From Anaeramoeba ignava BMAN (lineage: Eukaryota; Protista; Anaeramoebae), in the NCBI GenBank assembly GCA_028826165.1, contig JAPDFW010000119.1, positions 62,001-126,000 of the forward strand: a stretch of DNA of 64,000 bases, in the 5' to 3' direction. Both the position numbers and the translations under genes were made by a program. The notes beneath the pieces were generated by a model. That model did no database searches. It was not told the origin of the DNA and saw only the letters and a list, made by a program, of their open reading frames with translations. Below, in pieces: positions 1-13,310 of this stretch; the stretch's first letter is position 1; each line of letters begins with the position of its first letter.

Positions 1-1
1 T

Positions 2-112
2 GAAATTACACAAGAAATAATTAATGAAATTGAAATTGGAATTGATTATTTTCAATTAAATCAAACAAATCCAAATTTATTTGATTTATTAATTAACAAA
101 TTTAAAAATTAA
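2..112 (+). CDS. 3' end of a BTB-domain protein, tandem paralog of the RCC1-BTB gene at 358-2151 (partial, runs off the left edge)
   Basis: Translates as EITQEIINEIEIGIDYFQLNQTNPNLFDLLINKFKN*; DNA nearly identical to 2034-2140. Confidence 0.9.
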   Translation, partial: EITQEIINEIEIGIDYFQLNQTNPNLFDLLINKFKN

Positions 113-320
113 ATTTAAATTTAAAATTCATTTTGAGATTAAAATTAAAATCAAAATCAAAATTAAAATTAAAATTAAAATTAAAATTAAAATCAAAATT
201 TAAAATTAAAATTAAAAATTAAAATAAAAATAAAATTAAAAACAAAATTAAAATTAAAATTAAAATTAAAATCAAAATTAAAATTAAAATCAAAATTAAA
301 ATTAAAATTAAAATTAAAGT
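113..320 (+). repeat. (AAAATT/AAAATC)n hexamer satellite, intergenic
   Basis: Read directly from the sequence. Confidence 0.9.
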
Positions 321-357
321 TCCAAAAATTATTTTTTCATTTTTTTTCTTTTCAAAA

Positions 358-2151
358 ATGAATGAAATTTTATTTTTTGGTTGGAATCAAAACCCAAAAC
401 TTATCAAAAATGAACCAAAAAAAATAATAAAACCAATTCAATTTAAATTTGAAAATGAAAATGAAAATGAAAATGAAAATGAAAATGAAAATGAAAGTGA
501 AAAACAAATTAAACAAATTTCAACAGGAGGTTTTGGAACAATTTTCCTTTTTAAAAATGGAAAAGCAATAGAATACTTATCTGTAAATTATTCAAAACAA
601 AATCCTGAAAAAATCCAAATTGAAAATATTCAAAAAGTAACTGTTGGTGGTCTAAATGAAGCTATTTTAACAAAAGAAGGAAATGTATTTGCCAAAGGAT
701 GGAATATTAATTCAAATAATCCAAAAGAAATTATCAATATTTCATCATTAATTGAAGATACAAATGATAGAATAATTGAAGATATTGTTTCTGGATCTGA
801 TTCAATTTACTTATTAACTTCAAATCATAATGCTTATGGATTTGCTGATAATTATAATGGACAACTTGGTTTTGATTATATAACACTTAAAGAAACAGAA
901 AAACCAATTTTAATGATGAAAAATGTTTCTAAAATATTTTCAGGAAATTCTTCAAAATCTGTTTTCTTTTTAAATTCAAATCAAGAATTATTTGGATGTG
1001 GTGATAATTCATTTGGTCAACTTGGATTAGGAGAATCAAGAATAGAAATAAGAATCCAAAAATTAACCAAAATCCAAAATATTCCTAAAGGCAAAATAAT
1101 TGATATTCAATCTGGATATGCTCATTCAATAATGTTGATTGAAGATGAAAATGAAAATCCAAAAAGAAAACTTTATTCATGTGGAAATTGGCAATATAAT
1201 GGACTTGGCAAAATGTTTCAAAATACTTATGAATTTACTGAAATCAAATCATCTTTATTTTAAAATGGTGATGATATTCTTAATTTTTCTGTTGGAGATC
1301 ATAATTTGATTTTAACTTCCAATTCAAAATTGATAGGATTTGGAGATAATCAATTTGGTCAATTAGGAACTGAAGATACAAAATCTCAATCAATTCCAAT
1401 TCTAATTTTACTTCCTAAATTAAGATTTAATGAAGATATTTCCAATTATCATATTTCTTGTGGTAATCACAGATCATTTCTTTATTATTCTCCTCCTTCT
1501 TTTTCCAATCTTGAAGAAGATTTGATAAAACTATTTGGAAGAAAAGAATTTTGTAATATTTCATTTAAAACAGAAAATGGAGAAAAGATTGAAGCTCATA
1601 AATTAATATTGAAATATAGATTAAATCAAAATGAAAATGAAATTGAAAAACTTCAAGAAATTATTTCAAATAAATCAATTAAAGAATCAAATCAAATATT
1701 TGAAATGATTTATTCAAATAATTCCAAAATAAATCCAAAATTATATTCTGAAATTAAAGAAATTATAAATTCCAATGAAAAAATTGAAGAAACAATGAAA
1801 AGAATTTATTTAAATGAAAATGAAAATGAAAAAGATTTTATAATTGAAAGAAAAGAAAAACAATATAAATTTCCTAAATTAATATTAATAATGAGAAGTG
1901 AATTATATCGAGGAATGTTTTTATCTGTAACTGAAGATAAATCTAATAAAGTTACAGATTATAGTGAATTAAGTAATAAATCATTTCAAATATTTGAATA
2001 TTGGATTTATTCAAATCAAATTAAAGATGGAATTGAAATTACACAAGAAATAATTAATGAAATTGAAATTGGAATTGATTATTTTCAATTAAATCAAACA
2101 AATCCAAATTTATTTGATTTATTAATTAACAAATTTAATAATCAAAATTAA
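358..2151 (+). pseudogene. RCC1-repeat + tandem BTB/POZ protein with one in-frame TAA at 1261-1263 (pseudogene or base error)
   Basis: RCC1 blades (GCGDNSFGQLGLG, SGYAHS, GFGDNQFGQLG) and BTB motifs (IEAHKLIL, RSELYRGMF). ORFs 358-1263 and 1306-2151 share a frame and the bases after the TAA keep reading as RCC1 sequence (NGDDILNFSVGDHNLILTS). Confidence 0.8.
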
Positions 2152-2480
2152 AATTAAAATCAAAATCAAAATTTAAATTAAAATTAAAATTAAAATTAAA
2201 ATTAAAATTAAAATTAAAATTAAAATTAAAATTAAAATTGATAATCAAAATTAAAATTAAAATTAAAATTAAAATTAAAATTAAAATTGATAATCAAAAT
2301 TAAAATTAAAATTAAAATTAAAATCAAAATTAAAATTAAAATTAAAATTAAAATTAAAATCAAAATTAAAATTAAATTTAAATTTAAAATTAAAATCAAA
2401 ATTAAAATCAAAATCAAAATCAAAATCAAAATCAAAATTAAAATTAAAATTAAAATTAAAATTAAAATTAAAATCAAACA
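2150..2480 (+). repeat. (AAAATT/AAAATC)n hexamer satellite starting at the stop codon
   Basis: Read directly; source of the spurious IKIK/ILIL/FNFN ORFs. Confidence 0.9.
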
Positions 2481-2524
2481 AATTTTTTTATTTTTCATTT
2501 TTTTCATTTTTCAATTTTTTTCTT

Positions 2525-4111
2525 ATGAATTATCTAAGTTCAATTCCTCTTAAAATTGAAGATTGGCAATATATGAATGAAGGAAATGGAAATATTGTTC
2601 TTGAATATTGTGGTTTATTTCATGAAGATTTAAATGGAACAGTTTTAAGACTTAAAAAACAAAAAATTACAAATAAAATAATAAAAACGGAAAAAGAAAA
2701 TGAAAGTTTAATTGAAAAAGAATTAACAAATTATAAATTTTATTCAAATGTTCTTTCTCCTTTATTTAATAATAAATTTATTTATCCAGGAGTATAAATT
2801 CAATTCAAAATTAAAATCCATTTATTAAATTGATATTCATTTATAAAATTAATATTGAAATTAATATTAAAAAAGTTATTATTAGCAATGAATGAAAACT
2901 TTCTTACCCAAATAGAAAAAAAAATCAGCAAACAAAGACCTAAATTTAGAAGAGAAACAACACAAATTAATCTCAAAACAAATTATAATATTGTTCAACC
3001 AAATCATTCAATTTTTCCAAAAATTTCAGAAGAAAATTATAAATCTTGTCTTTCAATTGAATTAAAAGTTTGTTTTAAAATGAAAAACAATTTTTGAAAA
3101 AAATCAAATTATTGATTGATTTATTGATTTATTTAGCCAAAATGTGGTTTTATCCCAAATAGTCCTTTCATTGATAAAAACAATCAATTTAAGAAACAAT
3201 TTTCAAGATATTTTCTTCATCAAAGATTGAAGAAGAAAAAAGGAGAAATTGAAGAAATTTCTCTTTATGATCCTATTGATTTATTTTCAAATGATAAAAA
3301 TCAAATTTTTCATGCAATGGATTGTTTATTAAATAATCCCCAAAACAATTTGAAGATATTTTTAGATTCTCAGTTAATTTTTGGAGGAATTCGAGTAATT
3401 TAATCAAAAAAAAAAAAAACAAATACAAAAACAAAACAAAAATATTCAACAAAAATTTCTTTTTAAATTTAGTCACAAGAACAAGAAGGAGATGAAAAAA
3501 CAGAATTGAGGAAACTTTTGATGGATCAAAATCACTTACAAACACAACTTAAAAATATTTTTAATAAGGAAAAACAAAACATCCAAAGTTTGAAAGAAAT
3601 TATCACTCAAATCATTTTAAAAACAAAAGTTCTTGATAATATTTTGAATTTACAAAAACTAGACAATTTAGATATTGAAGGAATTTATCAAATTTATCAA
3701 AATTTAAACAACTCGAAAATCGAAATTCCTTCTTGGAAAAAGATTTGCGATAATCAACCGTTTTTGGAATCAATTCTGCAAAACATCAAAAAACCAAAAA
3801 TCGAAAATGAAGAGAATTTGCTTAAATTTAAACTAGAAGATTTGAGTAAAGAAGAATCAATTATGAAAATTATTGAATTTTTAATCTCTTCTTCTGTTAA
3901 AGATTGCTCTGTTATGATTACAATCCAAGAAGTTGAAAAAAAAGACAAAATTGAAGAAAATTCAATTATTAAAGATGAGAATTCAGGAAAATTTTTTCAA
4001 TTCAAAATTGCTATAATTGATTTAGATCCAAGATCAGCAGAAAGTATTAAAAGATTTATGGGAATTGATCAAGAAATTATTGAATATTTTAAGGAATTAA
4101 AAGAATTTTAA
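2525..4111 (+). CDS. IPK1: Inositol-pentakisphosphate 2-kinase; 4 exons (2525-2791, 2876-3067, 3137-3394, 3473-4111)
   Basis: Spliced product has WQYMNEGNGNIV, VLRLKK, IELK|PKCGF, YDPIDLFS, PQNNLKIF, DCSVMIT, IIDLDP motifs; three phase-0 GT-AG introns keep the frame. Confidence 0.9.
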
Positions 4112-4245
4112 ATTTAACAAGACAATTAGAAAAATAAAAAGGGGATAATTTCCAATTACAAGACAGTTTTAAAATTAAAAAAATTTTTTATTTTTCATTT
4201 TCATTTTCATTTTTTCATTTTTTTCTTCTCAAATTTTTTATTCAA

Positions 4246-4602
4246 ATGAAAAAGTTTTATTTTTGCATTTTAATTTTATTAATTATAACAGAAATTATAA
4301 CAGCAGTTGAAGAAACAAAAGAACAAGGAAAAAAACAAAAACTTGACAGACAAGCAAGAAAAGAGAGATTTGAAAAAAGAAAACAAATGCATCAAGAAAA
4401 AAACCCAAAAATTTTAGAACAAAATCCTCCAGACCCAAGAAACCCAACAAATCCAAGACGTCCTCATCCTAATCCTCAAAACCCAGATTTAAGTCGAATT
4501 CCTGAAGATAAACTTCGTGAAATTCAAGCTGAACTTCAAGAAAGAATGAAACATGAAAAATTTAATCCTCAAAGAAGAAGAAAAGAAAAAAACGATTTAT
4601 AA
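4246..4602 (+). CDS. Small signal-peptide protein, charged and Pro-rich, C-terminal KNDL
   Basis: Hydrophobic N-terminus MKKFYFCILILLIITEIITA, 118-aa intronless ORF, TCATTTT motifs upstream. Confidence 0.7.
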   Translation: MKKFYFCILILLIITEIITAVEETKEQGKKQKLDRQARKERFEKRKQMHQEKNPKILEQNPPDPRNPTNPRRPHPNPQNPDLSRIPEDKLREIQAELQERMKHEKFNPQRRRKEKNDL

Positions 4603-4759
4603 TTTGAATTTGAATTTGAAATCAAATCAAAAAAAAAAGGAAAATAATGATTCAAAAATTTATCAAAATTACTCATTTTTAATTTTTTTTTTCATTTTTT
4701 TTCTTTTCATTTTTTCTTTTCAAAATAATAAAAAAAAAATCAATCAATTTAATTAAATA

Positions 4760-7700
4760 ATGTTTAAATTTTCTCGACAAGTTTTTTCAAGAGATTTATC
4801 AAGATTTCAAGCTGATGGTTTTGATTTAGATCTTTCTTATATTACACCTAATATAATTGGTAATTTAAAATTTATATATAAAAAAAAAATAACGAAAAAA
4901 AAAAAATAATAATAATGATAAGAAAATTGGGAAAATTTTAGCAATGGGTTTCCCTTCAAAAGGAATGGAAAAAACTTATAGAAATAATATAGAAGAAGTT
5001 TCAAAGTTTTTTAAAAAAAGACATAATGAACATTTTTTAATTTTAAATTTAACTGAAAGAAAATATGATTATGAAAAATTTGATAATCAAGTGCTTGAAT
5101 TTCCTTGGAAAGATCATTATCCTCCTCCTCTTAAAGTGAAAAAAATTATTGAATCAACAAATAATTAATAAAATAATTTATAAAATAATAAAATAATTAA
5201 TAAAATAATTTATAAATTAATAAAATAATTAATAAAATAATTAATAAAATAATTTATAAATTAATAAAATAATTAATAAAATAATTAATAAAATAATTTA
5301 TAAATTAATAAAATAATTAATAAAATAATTAATAAAATAATTTATAAAATAATTAATAAAATAATTAATAAAATAATTAATAAATAATAAATAAAATAAT
5401 TAATAAAATAATTTATAAAATAATAAATAAAATAATTTATGAAATAATTAATAAAATAATTAATAAAATAATTAATAAAATAATTAATAAAATAATTAAT
5501 AAAATATTAAATAAAATAATTAATAAAATAATTTATAAAATATTTAAATAAAATAATAAATAAAATAATTAATAAAATAATTAATAAAATAATTAATAAA
5601 ATAATTAATAAAAATAATTAATAAAATAATTAATAAAATAATTAATAAAATAATTAATAAAACAATTAATAAAACAATTAATAAAATAATTAATAAAATA
5701 ATTAATAAAATAATTAATAAAATAATTTATAAAATAATTAATAAAATAATTAATAAAATAATTAATAAAATAATTAATAAAATAATTAATAAATTAATTA
5801 ATAAAATAATTAATAAAATAATTAATAAAATAATTAATAAAATAATAAATAAAATAATTAATAAAAATAATTAATAAAATAATTTATAAAATAATTAATA
5901 AAATAATTTATAAAATAATTAATATAATAATTAATAAAATAATTAATAAAAATAATAAATAAAATAATTAATAAAATAATTAATAAAATAATTAATAAAA
6001 TATTTAATAAAATATTTAATAAAATAATTAATAAAATAATTAATAAAATAATTAAAAAAATAATAAATAAAATAATAATAAAAAATAATAAAAAAATAAT
6101 AAATAAAATAATTAATAAAATAATAAATAAAATAATTAATAAAATAATTAATAAAATATTTAATAAAATATTTAATAAAATATTTAATAAAATAATTAAT
6201 AAAATAATTAATAAATTAATTAATAAAATAATTTATAAAATAATTAATAAAATAATTTATAAAAAATAATAAAAAATTAATAAAATAATTAATAAAATAA
6301 TTAATAAAATAAATAATAAAATAATTTATAAAATAATTAATAAAATAATTAATAAAATAATTAATAAAATAATTAATAAAATAATTAATAAAATAATTAA
6401 TAAAATAATTAATAAAATAATTAATAAAATAATTAATAAAATAATTAATAAAATAATTAATAAAATAATTAATAAAATAATTAATAAAATTATTAATAAA
6501 ATAATTAATAAAATAATAAATAAAATAATTAATAAAATAATAAATAAAATAATTTATAAAATAATTAATAAAATAATTAATAAAATAATTAATAAAATAA
6601 TTAATAAAATAATTAATAAAATAATTAATAAAATAATTAATAAAATAATTAATAAAATAATTAATAAAATTATTAATAAAATAATTAATAAAATAATAAA
6701 TAAAATTATTAATAAAATAATTAATAAAATAATAAATAAAATAATTAATAAAATAATTAATAAAATAATTAATAAAATAATAAATAAAATAAATAATAGT
6801 TATTATTCCAAATATGTCAAATTATTGACAAATGGATAAAAAGTGATCAAGAAAATGTAGTAGCAGTACATTGCTTAGCAGGAAGGGGTCGAACTGGGAC
6901 AGTAATATCATCATATTTAAGATTTTCAGGGATGTTCAATTCAACAGAACAAGCAATACAATATTTTGCGAAAAAACGGTCACAAAAATTAATTGGAGTA
7001 ACAAATCCATCACAACTTAGATATGTTATTTATTTTGACAAAATTCTTCGAGAAAACAACGAAAACAAATTTCGAATCAAGACAATCTCACTCCAAAAAA
7101 TCATATTTAATCATGCAATTAATGTTCATGATGGAGGATTTCATCCTGAAATTTGTATTTATAATGATAGCAATCTTGTTTATTCTTCAAAAACAAGAAA
7201 ACCTCAATCACCTTCTATTAGTTCAAATTCTTTAGCAGAAAAAACTCATGATTCTATGGAAAAATTTCCTTTTTTTTCAGCTAAAAGTGATGATTTTATT
7301 ATTTTTCCTATTCCAAATTTAAAAATTACTGGTGAAATTTTGATCATGATTTTTAATCATAAAACTTGTAAAGCGGATAAAAATCCGAAATTGTTATGCA
7401 GAGTTAATTTGTTTACTTCTTTTTTGGATTCTCCTGGTGTTACTCTTACTAGAAAAGATTTGGATGGTGCTCATAAAAAGAATTCAAAATTGTAGTTTTC
7501 TGAAATTACGATTAAAATTAAAATTAAAATTCATTTATAAAATAATTTACAAAATTAAAATTAAAATTAAAATTAAAATTTAAAATTAAAATTAAAATTC
7601 ATTTATAAAATTAAAATTAAAATTAAAATTAAATTTAAGAGATAAAAGATTTGGTCAAAATTTTCGTATGGATTTAATTTTTGAAGATTTTCAAGATTCA

Positions 7701-9184
7701 GAAAATATTAAATCAAATGATCAAGAAGATCATATATTTCTTCGATTAAGTCAAAGAGATTCAACTTTAAATTTTGAATCCGAAAATAATCGAAATCGAA
7801 ATCGAAATCAAAAATCAATTCAAAATAATCAAAATCAAAATAATCAAAATAATCAAAATCAAAATAATCAAAATCAAAATAATCAAAATCAAAATAATCA
7901 AAATCAAAATAATCAAAATCAAAACCAAAATAATCAAAATCAAATTAAAAAGCAACATCATCATCATCACCATCGTCATCATAAAAAGAAAAAGAAAAAT
8001 AAGAATAAAAATATTTCCGTTCTCAATCAAATTCTAAATCAAATTGATAGTTTAACTCAAAATTTAAATCAAAATTATTCCAAAAGTTATAATCAAAAAG
8101 AAAAAGAAAATGAAAATGAAAATGAAAATGAAAATCATTATTTTAGAAATGATTATTTTCAAAATGATTTTTTAGATCAAAATCAAAATATAAATCAAAA
8201 TCAAAATCAAAATCAAATTGAAAATAAAAATCAAAATGAAAATCAAAATGAAAATGAAAATGAAAGTGAAAGTGAAAGTGGAAGTGGAAGTGAAGATTCA
8301 AATTCTAATTCAAATCTAAATTCTAACTCTAATGAAATTTCGAACGAAAATGAAAATCAAAATCAAATTGAAAATCAAAATCAAAATCAAAATGAAAATC
8401 AAATTCAAAAATCAAAATCAAAATGAAAATGAAAATCAAAATCAAATTGAAAATCAAAATCAAAATCAAAATATAAATCAAATTCAAAAATGAAAATCAA
8501 AATAAAAATCAAAATAAAAATCAAAATCAAAATCAAAATCAAAATCAAAATCAAAATCAAAATCAAAATCAAAATGAAAATGAAAATCAAAATCAAAATC
8601 AAAATCAAAATCAAAATCAAAATCAAATTCAAAATCAAAATCAAATTGAAAATCAAAATCAAAATCAAAATCAAAATCAAAATGAAAATGAAAATAAAAA
8701 TCAAAATCAAAATCAAAATCAAAATCAAAATCAAAATCAAAATGAAAATGAAAATCAAAATATAAATCAAAATGAAAATGAAAATGAAAATCAAAATCAA
8801 AATAAAAATCAAAATATAAATCAAAATCAAAATCAAAATCAAAATATAAATCAAAATATAAATCAAAATGAAAATCAAAACGAAAATCAAAATGAAAATC
8901 AAAATATAAATCAAAATCAAAATGAAAATCAAAATCAAAATCAAAATAAAAATGAAAATGAAAATCAAATTGAAAATAAAAATAAAAATGAAAATGAAAA
9001 TCAAAATGAAAATATAAATCAAAATCAAAATAACGAAAATATAAATCAAAATCAAAATAAAAATCAAAATCAAAATCAAAATCAAATTCAAAATATAAAT
9101 GATATTGAAATGGAAAATTTAAATGAAAATCAAATTCAAATTGGAAATGAAACTTATTTTGCAATTGAAAAAGATTTTGATTAA
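4760..9184 (+). CDS. PTEN/tensin-type phosphatase with C2 domain and long N/Q/E-rich tail; exons 4760-4859, 4942-5135, 6800-7491, 7640-~9184 (tail frameshifted inside a hexamer repeat)
   Basis: RFQADGFDLDLSYITPNII|AMGFP, YRNNIEEV, NLTERKYD, WKDHYPP, P-loop HCLAGRGRTG, GVTNPSQLRY, C2 end DLDGAHK..DKRFGQNF; three GT-AG introns join in frame. Confidence 0.9.
5160..6795 (+). repeat. 12-bp satellite (AATTAATAAAAT)n filling PTEN-like intron 2 (5136-6799)
   Basis: About 1.6 kb of almost pure A/T tandem units. Confidence 0.95.
8350..9095 (+). repeat. (CAAAAT/GAAAAT)n hexamer repeat encoding QN/EN tracts of the PTEN-like tail
   Basis: Read directly; non-repetitive coding resumes near 9098 (NDIEMENL...EKDFD*). 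Confidence 0.85.
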
Positions 9185-9289
9185 GAAAAATTTAAAAAAG
9201 GAAAATTTGTTTTTTGGTTTTTTTTTTTTAATATTTCTTTTCTAAATCAAAATTATAAATTCATTTTAAATTGTTTTTATAAATTGTTT

Positions 9290-12200
9290 TTATAAATTGA
9301 AATCAATATCAATAATTCTTGACCATTTTGGACATAATTCTTTCCATTCATCAGCACTAAGTAAATCTTTATTCATTTTCAAAATACGATGAAAATTAAT
9401 TTTGGAAGGAGACCAAATAACAAAATCATCTTTATCAAGAGATTTAATTTTATCTGCAATCAATTTAATTCCTCTAAATTGACCGGTTGTTAACATTTTG
9501 AATTTTTCAACAAAAAGAGGACATTTTTCATCTTGAAGTTGACGAATATAATAATCAAAATTCGATCCTTGATAAGCACCCAATAGAATACCAGCAGCCT
9601 CATAGATATTATGAGTCGCGCCCCAATTTCCTGCTTGAAAACCTAGTTTTTGGCGTTGCAAACTTTGGAGATATTCATTTTCAAGTGAGCGTCTTTTCTT
9701 TTGAACCAAGTCGACAAATGTTTTCTTAATAAAATCCATTGATTCCTTTTCAGAAAAAGGATCCACAATCGCCTGATTTGAAATGGCTTCACGTCGATCG
9801 GAATTTTTCCCGTGTTTTAAACATTGGATGAGCAAAGTTACTTTTTGTTGAGTTGTTTTTATTCCCAAATTGGCTAAAAGTGTCGAATTTTCCTTTTGGA
9901 TTGTTGGATCAATCAAACTTATTGAATTCATTAGAGGTTTGATTTTGAATTGGAAAACGGGAACGTATTGCTTGAAAAGAGTGTCGAGATGCTGTGTTGA
10001 TTTGATGTCTCCATTGAATTCTTCAGGATTTTGGATCGAATATTTTTGATTTTCTTTTTCTCCTGAATTCTCACTGTTTTTGGGCTTTTCATCATCTTCT
10101 TGGTTTGTTTGCGGATGGATATTGTGGAGTTTGTTATAGAGATCCAGGTCTTGTTGGGTCCAGTTTTTCCTGGATTTGAGCACGGAAATGATTTGGTTCT
10201 CTTCAAACGAAGTTGAAATTTCCTTTTCGGGATTTTTTGGCTTGTTTTTTTCTTTGAAATCAAGAATGTGGTTATTGATATATAAGTCCTCATCAATATC
10301 CAGGATTTTCCACATCAAATCATCAATTTGCGACGAATCAAGTTCTCGGAATTGGAAAGGTTTGTGTCGGCGAATTTCCTCCTCGGAAACGTATTGAGTG
10401 AATTTAAACAAGTTATCAAGTAGTTCCTGTTTAAGATCGCCGTTTTGTTTTGCGCAATAGGCGTGCATAAGGAAAATAAAGTTGTTTGGAACGGAATCAA
10501 TTGTTCGTGCGAAGGGATCAAGAGTGTATTTTTGGAAAACGGGGAGAAAATCCTGGAAAATCGAAGCCGTTGATTTGTAGATAGCAAGACAAGTATCGAG
10601 AATCATTTTGAACTGTTTCTGTTCAAATTGTGTGTTTAAAGACTCTGCCGATTTGGCAAGAACAAGAAAGGGGATTGATTTAACTTGTGCAAAAGTGTAT
10701 CCCATGACATCCAAAGTGGCAGTCCATCCGAGAATGCCTTTCATCCGCAATTGGGCGATGCGCCAATGCTCTGGGGAGATGAACAACGGCAACGCGCCTG
10801 TGATGCTTTCGCGCGATTGCCCCGAGATGACCTTGGCCGCCACGCTTTTGTCGAAGCCTCCATGAACAGTCTCTGCATTTGGTACACTTAATCCTCGAAT
10901 TTGCTTTTTTTCTTCTCCGTCCACTTTTTCTTCTTTGCCTCCAGTTGTTGAAAATAGTGAATACTCCACGCTCTGCAGAAACGATTCCGCGGAGATCATC
11001 GAGCTGTAGATCTTCTTGATAACAACCTGCGTCGGATCCGCAATCGATGATTCAGATCGTCCGACATCGAGCGATAAACACAAGCAATCCCCGTCTTCAA
11101 GACATTCGATCCAATTCCGGCAGGAGAGAAAACATGTCCCGAATTCCTCAATTTGCTCCTTGTATTTTTCCTTCATCTCTTCGAAATCGTAATTGTCCGT
11201 TATTTGTTCCACTTTTTTTTCAATGTCTTCAAATAGCTTCACATTCGCTTCCATCCGCTTGTCTAGCTTTTTTCGCAATCCCTGCTTCGTGATTCTTCGG
11301 TACGCCATCGCGTTCAATCGCGCGATAATGTCGTTATTGAGTGTTCGGTTAAACGCGCTTGAAAGAACCTCGTGGAAATCCGCAATGTGTTTTTTAACGG
11401 CCGCAATTTCCGGCATCATTTTCTTTTTTTGGAAATTCCGCAATTTCATCACGAGAAGCGATAATTCGTTTGTCTTCTCGTCAAAAGTGAACACTGTCGC
11501 GCGTATTTTTTCAAGCTCATCGCGAGACGTTTTTGGATCGATTATTGTGGCGGTTAGCTTCGAAAGCTGGTCCGAAATGAACCGCAAGGAATGGATGATT
11601 TGCTTTTTATCCGAGACATTCGCTTGCAAAATTGGATTGAGTTCGAATATTTCCGTTTGTTTTCCCGAAGTGAGCGATAATCTAGTCGAATTGATTTGCG
11701 CCATCGGAAGAAAGAACACCGATGTGTACCGTTTCTTGATCTCCCTTGGTCTTTTTCGTCCTGTTTTTCTTGCTCGTTGTCAATCACCATGTCTGTGTTC
11801 TGATTTTCTTTGATTTCAATCAGATCGTTTTGATCCTCAATTTCAAGGAACACTTTTTGGATCTCGACGTTTTGAGAATCTAGCAATTTCGCGGAGACAA
11901 AAACCGCATCAGCAACAAGGGAAGTGACGATCTCCATTGTATTCGGGATGTCCTTTGCCTCCTTGACGTACTGGAACGTTCCCTGAGTTTTCCCTGCAAG
12001 CGTGATTTCCGACAGCAATCGCGCATCGTGCTCTTCAGTAAATCCAATAGTGTGAATTGAACTAGTCAAAGTTTTGCTGTCAAGAACCTTTTTGAGATTT
12101 GCCAGTTCAGATCTGACTTTTGTTTGGTTTCGTGTGTTATCATGAGTATCTTGTCCATCGGTGAAAAAAATAATTCGAATGTCCCGAATTTCCGTTTGAT

Positions 12201-12558
12201 TGATAATGTCTTCAAGCTCTTGGAACGCAATTACAAAGTTGGTTGAGCCAAATGCCTTCAAACTTCCAATATACTCCACTGCGTTTTCTAGACCCATTCC
12301 TAACGGTATTGCCGTCGCCTCGTGATTGTACGTGATTAAAATAAGCTCGTTTTCTTCGTAAATATTTCGCACTAAACTTTGTACCGCGCTTACTGCGTTT
12401 CTCAATGCTGCTCCGCTCATAGATCCGCTTATATCCAGCATTATTATACTCAGTGGCTTCTTGGTCGCAATTTTGCTCGCTTTTGTTTCGTGTGTAACTG
12501 TCAATGTTATACAGGCTGTATTGTCAATAATGTGATAATTGCTTGTTATGTCAAACAT
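9290..12558 (-). CDS. Large intronless VWA-domain protein (~1090 aa), split by a 1-nt frameshift at ~11752-11756
   Basis: MIDAS LDISGSM, GSTNF, FFTDGQD, IHTIGF. Adding one A to the A5 run in GAC GAA AAA (A)GA CCA AGG GAG ATC joins ORF 11554-12558 to 9290-11719. Confidence 0.85.
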
Positions 12559-12914
12559 TTTTGTTGTTTTTGATAAGATTTTAACTTATAAATAAATTAA
12601 AAATCGAAAATGAAAAATGAAAAAAATTTTTTTTGAAATTTCTCTTTTCTTTTTATGTTTGTAATTCAGACAAGAACGTCATATTTTTTTTGATAAAGAA
12701 ATTCTATTAAAAATTCCTTATTTTCTTTTTATTTTCTTTTCTTTTCATAAAGTTGACTCATTCGATCGTTTTTTTTTTATTTTTATTAAAGATGTCCAAA
12801 AAAAACAACAACAACAAAACAACAACAAAATTTTAAACAAGATTAAAAAATAATTGACAGATTTTTGAATAATCTTCACTAAATTCAAAATTATTCTTTT
12901 CTTCTTCTTTTCCA

Positions 12915-13310
12915 TTTTAAGATTGATTTTAAGATTGATTTTAAGATTGATTTTTAAGATTGATTTTAAGATTTATTTTAAGATTGATTTTAAGATTGAT
13001 TTTAAGATTTATTTTAAGATTTATTTTAAGATTTATTTTAAGATTTATTTTAAGATTGATTTTAAGATTGATTTTAAGATTGATTTTAAGATTGATTTTA
13101 AGATTGATTGATTGATTGATTTTAAGATTGATTTTAAGATTTATTTTAATATTTTTTTTAAGATTTATTTTAAGATTGATTTTAAGATTGATTTTAAGAT
13201 TGATTTTAAGATTGATTTTAAGATTGATTTTTAAGATTGATTTTTAAGATTTTGATTTTAAGATTGATTTTAAGATTGATTTTAAGCATTTATTTTAAGA
13301 TTGATTTTAA
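12915..13310. repeat. 12-bp tandem repeat (GATTTTAAGATT)n
   Basis: About 30 units read directly. Confidence 0.9.

Noticed and set aside
1261-1263. Stop-codon reassignment or readthrough (TAA inside RCC1-BTB)
   Set aside because: TAA ends most genes here and long ORFs contain no internal TAA; a single nonsense change or base error is simpler.
2525-9184. IPK1 and PTEN-like genes as a functional inositol cluster
   Set aside because: They act on different substrates, and adjacency in a gene-dense genome is easily chance.
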